Of a DNA stretch of 64,000 bases, positions 9,473 through 18,766 are shown one piece after another. The stretch lies in the NCBI GenBank assembly GCA_009784525.1, contig WRBM01000004.1, positions 13,083 to 77,082 of the forward strand, written 5' to 3'. A program made the translations under genes and the position numbers. The stretch is from Erysipelotrichales bacterium (GTDB lineage Bacteria > Bacillota_I > Bacilli_A > Acholeplasmatales > WRBM01). Below the pieces are notes generated by a model, which saw nothing but the letters and a program-made list of their open reading frames with translations, searched no databases and was not told the DNA's origin. Each line of letters starts with the position of its first letter. Position 1 is the first letter of the stretch.

Positions 9473-10245
9473 TGAATACAGTGAAAACAAAACAAGCAAT
9501 TAAGAGGTTAACTAAAGATGGAAGTTATAATCTAATTGATAAAACAATTAAAAAGTTAATTGTGGAAGATGGCGTTATTGCGGAAGTCATTATTGGTCAA
9601 AAACAAGCGGCTTTTATTAAAGTTAAAGTTGGTAAGAACAGTTCCTTAAGAATTATCAATCTAATTAAAAAAGCAAGTGCTGATTTTGAAGCAGATGTCT
9701 ATACAAACGGAGAATTAAGAATATTAAACTTTACTAGTCATAAGGATGGTTTTTCACAAAACATTAAAGTTAATCTCTTATCCGAAAACGCCAGCGCTAA
9801 TATTTATACTTTTGATAGTAATGAGCGGGCATTTGCTCACGATTATCATTTTCAGATCGATCATTTAGTACCTAAAACTAAAAGTATGATTAAGAATTAC
9901 TTTATTGCTGTTAATAGTCAAATCAATGGCTTATTCTCTAGTCATATCGCTAAAGATTGTATTAACTCCGAAGCCTTCCAACAAACAAAAGGCATTGTTA
10001 TCGGCGATAAAAGCGCAATTAGTGCTGTGCCAGAGTTATTGATTGATTGTTTCGATGTTAAAGCCAGTCATGGTCTGGCAATCGGTAAATTATCTGATGA
10101 TATCTTATTTTATGCGATGAGCAGAGGTTTGACAGAATTAGAGTGTTTACAAATGATTATTAAAGGTTATTTGTCACCTTTGATTGCGGAAATCACTGAT
10201 GAATCATTTAAAGATTTTGTGACAAGTGCTTTTTCTTTAAACTAA
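9472..10245 (+). CDS. sufD: Fe-S cluster assembly protein SufD (short form)
   Basis: C-terminal SufBD signature GLAIGKLSDDILFYAMSRGL. ATG overlaps the sufC stop (TAATG). Position between sufC and sufS. Confidence 0.8.
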   Translation: MNTVKTKQAIKRLTKDGSYNLIDKTIKKLIVEDGVIAEVIIGQKQAAFIKVKVGKNSSLRIINLIKKASADFEADVYTNGELRILNFTSHKDGFSQNIKVNLLSENASANIYTFDSNERAFAHDYHFQIDHLVPKTKSMIKNYFIAVNSQINGLFSSHIAKDCINSEAFQQTKGIVIGDKSAISAVPELLIDCFDVKASHGLAIGKLSDDILFYAMSRGLTELECLQMIIKGYLSPLIAEITDESFKDFVTSAFSLN

Positions 10246-10266
10246 AATTAAAGGAGGATTTTCTTT

Positions 10267-11469
10267 TTGAAAGTTAACGAATATAAAGCTTTGTTTCCTG
10301 TTTTAAAGGAAAATCCAAAGCTCAGCTATTTAGATAGCGCTGCTTCAAGCTTAAAGCCTTTTAAAGTCATTGAGGCAATTGATAGTTATTACCGTTATTC
10401 TGGTGTAAATGTCCATCGTGGTGTTTACCGATTAAGTTATCAGGCTACAAAATTATTTGAAGAAGCACGACAAAAAGTAGCTGAATTTATTAATTGTTCG
10501 GAATCAGAAGTTATCTTTACCAGAGGCGCCTCAGCGGCTTTAAATCTAGCTTGTACTTCCTATCAGGATTTTTTAAATGAAGGCGATGAAATCATTACTA
10601 GCGAATTAGAACATCACTCTTCGTTATTGCCTTGGATGGAAGCAGCTAAAAGAAAAAAATGCAAACTTCGTTATATCCCTTTAGATAAAGAGGGAAGGAT
10701 AACCTTAGCAAACTTTAAAAAGGTTTTAACAGCGAAAACAAAAGTAGTTGCTTTAATTCATGTATCTAATGTCATGGGTTATATTACACCATTAGAAGAA
10801 ATTATTGAAGCAGCGCATCAAAAAAACGCGGTTGTGATAGTTGATGCCTGTCAATCAGCTCCACACATACAAATTGATGTAAAAAAACTGAACTGCGATT
10901 TTTTAGCCTTTTCAGCACATAAAATGTGTGGACCAACTGGCGTTGGTGTTCTTTATGGAAAAAAGGCACTTTTAAAGAAAATGCGCCCAATTGAGTTTGG
11001 TGGCGATATGGTTGAAACAGTTAACCATGATGATTTTATCACTAGGGAACTACCTTTTAAATTTGAAACCGGAACACCAATGATTGCGGAAGTTATCGGT
11101 TTTAGCGCTACCTTAGATTTTTTACTCGAGATTGGCTACGATAAAATCCGAAAAATCGAAGAAAAATTAACTAGTTATACAATGGAAAAAATCAAAAAAA
11201 TCGAAGGCATTACCGTTTATAATCCGACAACAGAAGGAAACATTATTCTTTTTAATATCGATGGCGTGCATCCGCATGATGCCGCAACAATTTTTGATAA
11301 AAATGATGTTTGCCTAAGAGCAGGTCATCATTGTTGCCAGTTGATGAGTAAATGGCTTAAAAGTGGTTCAACTTTAAGAGCGTCATTTTATTTATACAAT
11401 GATTTAACAGACTGTGATCGCTTTATCGAAAGCGTCAAAGAAGCTGTTGAATTTTTTAAACAATTTTAG
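10267..11469 (+). CDS. sufS: Cysteine desulfurase SufS
   Basis: Class V aminotransferase. PLP-lysine region SAHKMCGPTGVGVLYG, HHSSLLPW, C-terminal RAGHHCCQ active-site cysteine. TTG start after AGGAGG. Confidence 0.9.
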   Translation: MKVNEYKALFPVLKENPKLSYLDSAASSLKPFKVIEAIDSYYRYSGVNVHRGVYRLSYQATKLFEEARQKVAEFINCSESEVIFTRGASAALNLACTSYQDFLNEGDEIITSELEHHSSLLPWMEAAKRKKCKLRYIPLDKEGRITLANFKKVLTAKTKVVALIHVSNVMGYITPLEEIIEAAHQKNAVVIVDACQSAPHIQIDVKKLNCDFLAFSAHKMCGPTGVGVLYGKKALLKKMRPIEFGGDMVETVNHDDFITRELPFKFETGTPMIAEVIGFSATLDFLLEIGYDKIRKIEEKLTSYTMEKIKKIEGITVYNPTTEGNIILFNIDGVHPHDAATIFDKNDVCLRAGHHCCQLMSKWLKSGSTLRASFYLYNDLTDCDRFIESVKEAVEFFKQF

Positions 11470-11480
11470 GAGAGTCAATT

Positions 11481-11924
11481 ATGAATGATATTGAAAATCT
11501 ATATCGGGCCGTCATTATGGACCATTATAAAAATCCCAAAAATAAAGGTTTAGTTGAGAACAGTAGTTATCTGAAGGTTCACTTAAATAATCCTAGCTGT
11601 GGCGATGATATCCATGTTCAGCTTTGTTTAGAGGACGATCAGATTAAAGATATTCGCCATGATGGCACAGGCTGTAGTATCTGTTGTTCATCAGCGAGCA
11701 TTATGTCTCAGACCCTTAAAGGGCAAAAAACAAAAAAAGCTAAGTATATCATCAGAAATTTTTATGAACTATTAAAAGGTACAGATAAAATTGATGAGGA
11801 TGCCTTGGAAGAAGCAATCGTTTATAAAGGGGTTGCGAAATTTCCGGCTCGGATTAAATGTGCCAGCCTTTCCTGGAAAGCTTTAGAAAGTTTAATAGAG
11901 GATGCCGATGAAGAAAAAAATTAG
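11481..11924 (+). CDS. sufU: Fe-S scaffold / sulfur acceptor SufU
   Basis: [45 protein letters not shown] - the SufU/IscU-like signature. Confidence 0.85.
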   Translation: MNDIENLYRAVIMDHYKNPKNKGLVENSSYLKVHLNNPSCGDDIHVQLCLEDDQIKDIRHDGTGCSICCSSASIMSQTLKGQKTKKAKYIIRNFYELLKGTDKIDEDALEEAIVYKGVAKFPARIKCASLSWKALESLIEDADEEKN

Positions 11925-13308
11925 AGATTTTAATGAAGATTATAAATATGGTTTTGAGACTAAAACTGAAGATGTTGTCAGATTAGATAAAGGCTTAACT
12001 GAAAAAACAGTCAGACAAATCAGTGCAATGAAAAATGAGCCAGAATGGATGTTAGAGTATCGCCTTAAAGCTTATAAGGAGTTTATTAAGAAAGATAATC
12101 CTTCTTTTGGCCCAGATCTTTCAGAAATAAATTTTCAGGATTTGACTTATTATATTAAGTCATCTAAAGAATCTTCCCGCTCTTGGGAAGATGTTCCGGA
12201 AAATATCAAGGATACCTTTGAAAAGTTGGGGATTCCGGAAGCCGAACAAAAATTCTTAGCTGGTGTTTCTACGCAGTTTGAAAGTGAAGTTGTCTATCAT
12301 AATACTTTAAAGGAGTTAGATGAGCAAAACGTTATATTTTTAGATACTGATAGTGCTTTAAGGGAATACCCGGAAATCTTTAAAGAATATTTTGGTAAAG
12401 CCGTTCCTTATACGGATAATAAGTATGCAGCCTTAAATGCCTGTGTGTGGTCTGGCGGTTCTTTTATTTATGTTCCTAAAGGCGTTAAAATTACTAAACC
12501 CTTGCAGTCTTATTTTAGAATTAATTCCCGGCAAATGGGGCAATTTGAGCGAACTTTGATTATTGTAGAGGATGAAGCTAGTCTATACTATGTTGAAGGT
12601 TGTACGGCACCGCGTTATACTGAAGATTCATTACATGCCGCAATTGTCGAGATTTTTGTTAGAAAGAACGCATATTGCCGTTATTCAACAATCCAAAACT
12701 GGTCAGGTAATATTTTAAACTTAGTTACTAAAAGAACGATTGTTGAAGAAGGTGGGCATATGGAATGGATAGACGGTAATATTGGTTCAAGAATCAATAT
12801 GAAATATCCAAGTTGCATCTTAAAAGGTGACTATGCCAAAGGTACAACAATTTCCGTTGCTTTTGCGAGTAAAAATCAGATTCAGGATACTGGCGCCAAA
12901 ATGATTCATCTTGGTAAACATACGACCTCCAAGATAATTTCTAAGTCAGTGGCTTGTAACGGTGGAGTTGCTAACTATCGTGGTGAAGTGAAAATTGGTG
13001 AAAATGCTCTTTTTGCCAAGAGTCATATCGAATGTGGAACTTTACTTATTGATGAGTTAAGTAAAAGTGATACGATACCTTTAAATGTTGGTAAGAATTC
13101 AGAAAGTTATATTGAGCATGAAGCGAGTGTTTCAAAAATTTCAGAGGAACAACTTTTTTATCTGATGAGCCGTGGCTTAACTGAAGAAGATGCTAAAGAA
13201 ATGATTATCATGGGTTTTATTGAACCATTTTCCAGGGAATTACCAATGGAATATGCGGTTGAGCTAAATCAATTAATTAAATTAGAAATGGATGAATCCT
13301 TAGGTTAA
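11902..13308 (+). CDS. sufB: Fe-S cluster assembly protein SufB
   Basis: 468 aa. Conserved SufB blocks ([40 protein letters not shown]). Last gene of the suf operon. Confidence 0.9.
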   Translation: MPMKKKIRDFNEDYKYGFETKTEDVVRLDKGLTEKTVRQISAMKNEPEWMLEYRLKAYKEFIKKDNPSFGPDLSEINFQDLTYYIKSSKESSRSWEDVPENIKDTFEKLGIPEAEQKFLAGVSTQFESEVVYHNTLKELDEQNVIFLDTDSALREYPEIFKEYFGKAVPYTDNKYAALNACVWSGGSFIYVPKGVKITKPLQSYFRINSRQMGQFERTLIIVEDEASLYYVEGCTAPRYTEDSLHAAIVEIFVRKNAYCRYSTIQNWSGNILNLVTKRTIVEEGGHMEWIDGNIGSRINMKYPSCILKGDYAKGTTISVAFASKNQIQDTGAKMIHLGKHTTSKIISKSVACNGGVANYRGEVKIGENALFAKSHIECGTLLIDELSKSDTIPLNVGKNSESYIEHEASVSKISEEQLFYLMSRGLTEEDAKEMIIMGFIEPFSRELPMEYAVELNQLIKLEMDESLG

Positions 13309-13383
13309 GGTTCATTTTTTTCTTTTTACAAGTTGTAAAATTGCACTTCCGCGTTGAAAAACTTGTGTTTTGTGCATTTTTTT

Positions 13384-13594
13384 GTTCTTTAGGAATTTTT
13401 ATTATCACCTTATAACAATATACTTAAACATTATGTATGTTACACACGCGCATTTTACGAGAATCTTTCTCAAATTCAACCCTAAAACCATAGTTTTATT
13501 TGCTTTAACTAGAACGTTTTATCAAGCCGAAAAAAGTTTAAAATAATTCTTGTTTTTACTAGATTTTAGTGCTATAATAAACTCATATTCTAAC
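13384..13594. repeat. ~210-bp repeat, copy 1 (promoter-bearing), upstream of the two-component operon
   Basis: About 85% identical by eye to 18111..18327. Contains TTGTTT(13550)-17 nt-TGCTATAAT(13570..13578) reading into the response-regulator gene. Confidence 0.75.
13550..13578 (+). promoter_or_regulatory. Sigma-A type promoter (TTGTTT-17-TGcTATAAT) inside repeat copy 1
   Basis: Near-consensus extended -10; correct spacing. Confidence 0.6.
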
Positions 13595-13783
13595 AATGAA
13601 ATATAACCTGAAATTATCTAAGGAAGAATCTTTATTACTTAAATTTCTCTGTTCCATCTCTTTAATTATGCGACAGATAAATACGACTATATGAGAACAT
13701 TGGAATTTATTGATTTTATTAATAAAAATTAAAAGTTTTTTAACACTTTTCTGGTAAAATAGCTTTAATTAGGAGGGCAAAAT

Positions 13784-14452
13784 ATGGTTAAAATCTTAGT
13801 TGCGGAAGATGAATTACATTTAAGAAGCGCCATCGCAAAGACATTAAAAAATGAAGGATATACGATAATTGAGTGTTTTGATGGTAAAAATGCTTTGGAA
13901 AGCTTTTTAAATGAGCATATTGATATTATTATAACAGATGTTATGATGCCAAGGCTTGATGGTAATCAGCTTGTGACAGAAATCAGGAAAATAAATAAAG
14001 ATGTCCCGATTATCATGCTTACTGCCTTAGAAACAATAAAAGATAAGGAAAAAGGTTTTTTTAGCGGCATAGATGACTATCTGGTTAAACCAATCCTGAT
14101 GAAAGAATTAGTTCTTAGAATAAAGGCTGTTCTTAGGAGAATTAAAATTAATAGTGAAAAAAGAATAGAACTAGGTAGTACTATTTTAGAAATTGAAACT
14201 CAGAAGCTGATGATTGCTGATAAAGAAGTTGTACTGAACAAAAAGGAATTTCAGTTATTATTTAAGTTGCTATCTAGTCCTAATATCATTTTTAGCCGTG
14301 AACGATTACTTAATGAAGTTTGGGGTTATGATAGTGAATCGGCTGACCGAACCGTTGATACCCATATAAGCAGACTAAAGAAAAAGGTAGTTACTGAAGA
14401 TTTTGAAATTTTGACAGTTTGGGGTTTAGGTTATAAGGTGGTGTTAAATTGA
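13784..14452 (+). CDS. OmpR-family response regulator
   Basis: Receiver domain (DELHL...IIITDVMMP with the phospho-Asp, K at LVKP). C-terminal winged HTH (RTVDTHISRLKKK). Confidence 0.9.
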   Translation: MVKILVAEDELHLRSAIAKTLKNEGYTIIECFDGKNALESFLNEHIDIIITDVMMPRLDGNQLVTEIRKINKDVPIIMLTALETIKDKEKGFFSGIDDYLVKPILMKELVLRIKAVLRRIKINSEKRIELGSTILEIETQKLMIADKEVVLNKKEFQLLFKLLSSPNIIFSRERLLNEVWGYDSESADRTVDTHISRLKKKVVTEDFEILTVWGLGYKVVLN

Positions 14453-15507
14453 AAAAACGGCGGATGAAGTTATCTTTAAAAATAGTTTTAATGAATTTTT
14501 TAACGATTGCTTTAATTTATCTTTTTTTTATTACCATCTTTAGAATCGCCCGGGCTTTTGGCTTGGAGTTTCCGGAAAGTCGGGAAGAGTTTGATCTTTG
14601 GATGCGTTATATTATTCATGTTTTTCCGATTATCTTTGGGATTTTTATTATAAGCTTGTCATCATATGTCATCAATCGCAAGGTTGTTTCCAGGATTCTT
14701 AAACTAAAAGACGCCACTGCGCAAGTTGCCAGTGGTAATTTTCATTATCTTGTTAAAGTAAAAAGTCATGACGAATTATCAGAACTTACCGATAGCTTTA
14801 ATAAAATGACCGCTGAATTACAGGCTAATGAGTTTTTAAGCAAGGATTTTGTCCGTAATATCTCTCATGAATTTAAGACACCATTAGCGGTTTTAAAAGC
14901 TTACGGAGAATTAGTTGAAAGTGAAGCTAACCAAGAAAATATCGATAGAATGGCACTAAGGAATTATTCAGAAATTATTATGAAGGAAGTTGACCGACTT
15001 ACTTTATTAAGTAAAAGCATCCTGGAACTTTCTTTATTAGATAGTACGACAATTATTAAAAAAGATGATATCTTTAGTCCGGCTGAACAAATCAGAAGCA
15101 TGTTGCGGACGATGCAAGTAAAATGGTTGGAAAAAAATATTCATCTAGATTTAGATTTAGCTGAGGAAACAATTCAGAATAATGAACAAATGCTTTATCA
15201 GTTATGGCAAAATTTAATCAGCAATGCAATAAAGTTTTCACCAAAAACAGGTAGAATTAGTATATCATTAAAATTTGAGGCTCAAAAACTTTATTTTCAG
15301 ATTAGTGATCAAGGTATTGGTATTGCTAAAGCTGAACAGGAAAAAATTTTCAATCAATTTTATATGATTGATAAATCAAGGAATAGAGAAGGAACTGGTT
15401 TAGGCTTAGCGATTGTAGGTAAGATTCTAGAAAAGCTAGATGGAAAAATTTATGTGGAAAGCACAGAAAATGCCGGCACAACTTTTAAAATTAGTTTAAA
15501 ACAGTAA
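14449..15507 (+). CDS. Sensor histidine kinase, intramembrane-sensing type (2 TM, ~25-aa loop)
   Basis: Two N-terminal TM helices with a short external loop, HAMP, H-box SHEFKTPLA, N/G boxes (NAIKFS, GTGLGLAIV). Start overlaps the regulator's stop. Confidence 0.9.
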   Translation: MKKRRMKLSLKIVLMNFLTIALIYLFFITIFRIARAFGLEFPESREEFDLWMRYIIHVFPIIFGIFIISLSSYVINRKVVSRILKLKDATAQVASGNFHYLVKVKSHDELSELTDSFNKMTAELQANEFLSKDFVRNISHEFKTPLAVLKAYGELVESEANQENIDRMALRNYSEIIMKEVDRLTLLSKSILELSLLDSTTIIKKDDIFSPAEQIRSMLRTMQVKWLEKNIHLDLDLAEETIQNNEQMLYQLWQNLISNAIKFSPKTGRISISLKFEAQKLYFQISDQGIGIAKAEQEKIFNQFYMIDKSRNREGTGLGLAIVGKILEKLDGKIYVESTENAGTTFKISLKQ

Positions 15508-15588
15508 AAAATTTATTTTTTTTAGCTTTTTTATAACTTTTTTAACATTTGAGATTTATAATATTGTCAAGTTAAAAGGAGATTAAAA

Positions 15589-18030
15589 ATGTTAAAATTA
15601 AAAAATATCTATAAATATTATGAAATGCCTAGCCAGACAATTAAAGCTGTAAATGGCGTAAATTTAGAATTTAGGAAAAATGAGTTTGTTTCAATTCTTG
15701 GTCCTAGTGGTTGCGGCAAAACAACAATGCTTAATATTATAGGCGGCTTAGATAAATATACTTCCGGTGACTTAATCATTGAAGGAATTTCCACCAGGGA
15801 ATATAAAGATAAAGAATGGGATAATTATCGTAATAAACGAGTTGGTTTTGTTTTTCAAAGTTATAATTTGATTCCTCATCTTAGTATTCTTGGTAATGTT
15901 GAACTAGCTCTTACAATTAGTGGAATTTCGGCTAAAGAGCGCAAGGAACGGGCTAAAGAAGCCCTTATTCAAGTTGGTTTAGAAATCCATATTAATAAAA
16001 AACCAAATCAGCTTTCAGGTGGCCAGATGCAGCGGGTAGCGATTGCCAGAGCACTTGTCAATCGTCCGGAGATTTTACTTGCGGATGAACCAACAGGTGC
16101 TTTAGATACAACGACAAGTGAACAAATCATGGAGTTAATCCGAAAGATTGCTCAAGATAAATTAGTTATTATGGTTACCCATAATCCAGAGCTCGCCAAG
16201 GCTTATTCTTCAAGAATTGTGCAAATGAGAGATGGCATTGTCATCGAAGACAGTAATCCTTATAATTCCTTGATTGTAGTTGAGGAAAAACAGGAAAATC
16301 CAGTTCATAGGAAAAATGAAAAATCTTCGATGTCTTTTGTTACAGCGCTACAGCTTAGTTCTAGAAATTTATTGACGAAAAAAAGACGCAGCATTATGAT
16401 GAGTATAGCTTGTGCTATTGGAATACTAGGAATTGGTCTGGTCTTATCATTGACAACTGGCTTAAATTCTTATATCAATGAATTAACGCGTAATCAAGTA
16501 GAAACCAGTCCGATTCAAATCTCCTCAACAACTATCACGCAGGCAAATGGTTCAATCGGCCAATCATTAGAAAATTTTCCGGCTGCCCAAAATGTTTTTG
16601 TCGACAGAACTTTATTGCCGAGAGAAAGAACAAGGGTGCCAGCTGATCTTAGAGCGCACTTTGCAGAGGAGTTTGATGCGAGTTGGTATAATTATATTTT
16701 ATATAGAACAGGCATGCAAGTGAATTTATTTAATCAGCGTTTTGATGGAAATTTTGACATGCTAACGCTTGGCGATGGTGGTTTGATTAGTATGTTCACT
16801 GGTATGGGTGCCGTACAACAATTATTATGTCCAACCCTGACTCTTCGCTACTATGAAGAATTAGCGGGAAGATTGCCAATCTATAGTAATGAAGTAGTTT
16901 TAATTGTTAATGAACAAAATGCTTTAACTGATATGACTTTAATGGGTTTAGGTTTAATTAATTTTGGCGATAATCGCACTGAATTTAGTTTTGATGAAAT
17001 CCTAGGCAGAGAGTTTATTTTACCTAATAATGATGCCTTATATAACCCAGTTATCGTCAATGGTGAAATTGTTAGGTTTGATCGTAATGTGATTGAAAGC
17101 CCAGGAAGATCAACCTTACTGGCACCAATTGTTAATAATGCCTTAACTAATGACGATGCGACAGCTATTACAATTTCGGGAATTATCAGGTTAAAGGAAG
17201 GCAATGATTTTGGCTTATACGCTACTGGTCTAGCTTTTCCTAGTGCAACGGCGGAAATGTTACAAACTCAAAATGCTAATTCAGATATTATCGAATGGAT
17301 GATTACTAATCCTTTTTATGATCCTTTTACCGGTGACCGTTTTATAGATAGTTCTCAAACAGGTTTTGGTGGGACAACGATTACTAGAGCAGAAGAACAC
17401 TGGGAAGATTTATTTCGCTCTTTAGGTGGTGTTCCTGTAACTGGTATCACAGTTGCGGGCATTGAAATGGCCGCTAATGAAATTGCCATTTATGCGACAT
17501 CCTTAGCCGCAAAAGATCAGATTAATGCGGTCTTAGATGCTTACAATGAGGGATTAGCACCTTACCAACAAATCTTCTTTATTGATATTATTGAAGAAAT
17601 TGGCGCGATAATGAGTGACATGATTAACATGATTAGTATCGTCTTAATTGGTTTTACTTCCATATCTTTAGTTGTTTCAGCAGTTATGATTTCTATTATT
17701 ACGTCAATTTCCGTTTTAGAGCGGACAAAAGAAATTGGCATTCTTCGAAGTATTGGTGCACGGAAGAAGGATGTTACGCGATTGTTTAATGCCGAAAATG
17801 TTATTTTAGGATTATTAGCTGGTTCAATTGGTATTTTAGTGACCTTATTCTTATCATTTATTATTAATCTAATCTTAGTAGCGCTTTTGGGCACTAGTAT
17901 TGCCAGTGTAACCTGGTGGAGCATAATTATCTTGTTAGCGATAAGTACAGGGGTTGCCTTTGTATCAGGGTTTTTACCTTCCAGAGCAGCAGCCAAAAAA
18001 GATCCAGTCCTAGCACTGAGATCAGAATAA
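15589..18030 (+). CDS. ABC transporter, fused ATP-binding domain + FtsX/MacB-type permease with large extracytoplasmic domain
   Basis: GPSGCGKTT, LSGGQMQRVAIARAL, LLADEPTGALD. Then TM, a ~400-aa loop, and C-terminal FtsX-like 3-TM bundle (GILRSIGARKKDV). Confidence 0.85.
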   Translation: MLKLKNIYKYYEMPSQTIKAVNGVNLEFRKNEFVSILGPSGCGKTTMLNIIGGLDKYTSGDLIIEGISTREYKDKEWDNYRNKRVGFVFQSYNLIPHLSILGNVELALTISGISAKERKERAKEALIQVGLEIHINKKPNQLSGGQMQRVAIARALVNRPEILLADEPTGALDTTTSEQIMELIRKIAQDKLVIMVTHNPELAKAYSSRIVQMRDGIVIEDSNPYNSLIVVEEKQENPVHRKNEKSSMSFVTALQLSSRNLLTKKRRSIMMSIACAIGILGIGLVLSLTTGLNSYINELTRNQVETSPIQISSTTITQANGSIGQSLENFPAAQNVFVDRTLLPRERTRVPADLRAHFAEEFDASWYNYILYRTGMQVNLFNQRFDGNFDMLTLGDGGLISMFTGMGAVQQLLCPTLTLRYYEELAGRLPIYSNEVVLIVNEQNALTDMTLMGLGLINFGDNRTEFSFDEILGREFILPNNDALYNPVIVNGEIVRFDRNVIESPGRSTLLAPIVNNALTNDDATAITISGIIRLKEGNDFGLYATGLAFPSATAEMLQTQNANSDIIEWMITNPFYDPFTGDRFIDSSQTGFGGTTITRAEEHWEDLFRSLGGVPVTGITVAGIEMAANEIAIYATSLAAKDQINAVLDAYNEGLAPYQQIFFIDIIEEIGAIMSDMINMISIVLIGFTSISLVVSAVMISIITSISVLERTKEIGILRSIGARKKDVTRLFNAENVILGLLAGSIGILVTLFLSFIINLILVALLGTSIASVTWWSIIILLAISTGVAFVSGFLPSRAAAKKDPVLALRSE

Positions 18031-18071
18031 ATTAAAAGAGGCTGTAATCCAAACAAACTAAAATAAATAAA

Positions 18072-18112
18072 AAATGCGAGAATTTCCAGTGATGGAGTCT
18101 CGCATTTTTTTT
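18072..18112 (+). terminator. Rho-independent terminator after the ABC gene
   Basis: aaatgcgag...ctcgcattt hairpin followed by T8. Confidence 0.7.
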
Positions 18113-18327
18113 GTTTATTAGGATTTCTATTTTTCATCTTATAACGACATTTATACTTAATATTATGTATATTACACACGCGCATATGAGAGAATTTTTT
18201 CTCAAATTTAACCCTAAAACCATAGTTTTATTTGCTTTATCTAGAACATTTTTTCAAGCTGGAAAAAAATTAAAATAATTCTTGTTTTTACTAGATTTTA
18301 GTGTTATAATAACATCATATTCTTAAC
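18111..18327. repeat. ~210-bp repeat, copy 2 (promoter-bearing), downstream of the ABC gene
   Basis: Aligns with 13384..13594, including TTGTTT-17-TGtTATAAT (18291..18310 region) reading toward 18340 onward. Confidence 0.75.
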
Positions 18328-18477
18328 AAGAATCGAGGTGAAAAAATGAGCATCTTGGTAAGAGAAATAATCACTTATTCCAGACTAAGACAGGAAACTT
18401 ATTAATTCAGATATTAATGCCAGTTTAAATATAATGGCAAAAAGTAAACCCAAAGACGATGAAGTAATTCAGAGTTT

Positions 18478-18585
18478 GAGGAATAGCGGTCTAACAACAC
18501 CCATAAGATTACTAGCAACACTGTAATTTCTTATAAAGAAGGGGCATCAGCCCCGTAACGGAAATTTATTTTCGTTTTGTTCTCC
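18478..18585. repeat. ~105-bp hairpin-containing repeat element, copy 1
   Basis: GAGGAATAGCGGTCTAACAA...GGGGCATCAGCCCC...AAATTTATTTTCGTTTTGTTC. Its reverse complement recurs at 63896..64000 (about 75% identity by eye; ends and hairpin core identical). Confidence 0.65.
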
Positions 18586-18766
18586 TTCAATACCTCATCG
18601 TAGGATTATAACATATTCCGACAAATTTTTTATTTTTTTCGCTCGACAAATTGCGACATTTGTGTCGAACTATGTCGGCTAGTAATTTGCCGAATTATGT
18701 CAGATTCATGTTATACTATATTAAAATAGTATCAAAAAATATGAACTCTGAAAGGAAGTAGTTAGA

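Noticed and set aside
18340-18470. Short peptides downstream of repeat copy 2: MSILVREIITYSRLRQETY (with a GAGGTG RBS) and MAKSKPKDDEVIQSLRNSGLTTPIRLLATL
   Set aside because: They are too short and unconserved to call from sequence alone. They could be leader peptides. Noted but not annotated.
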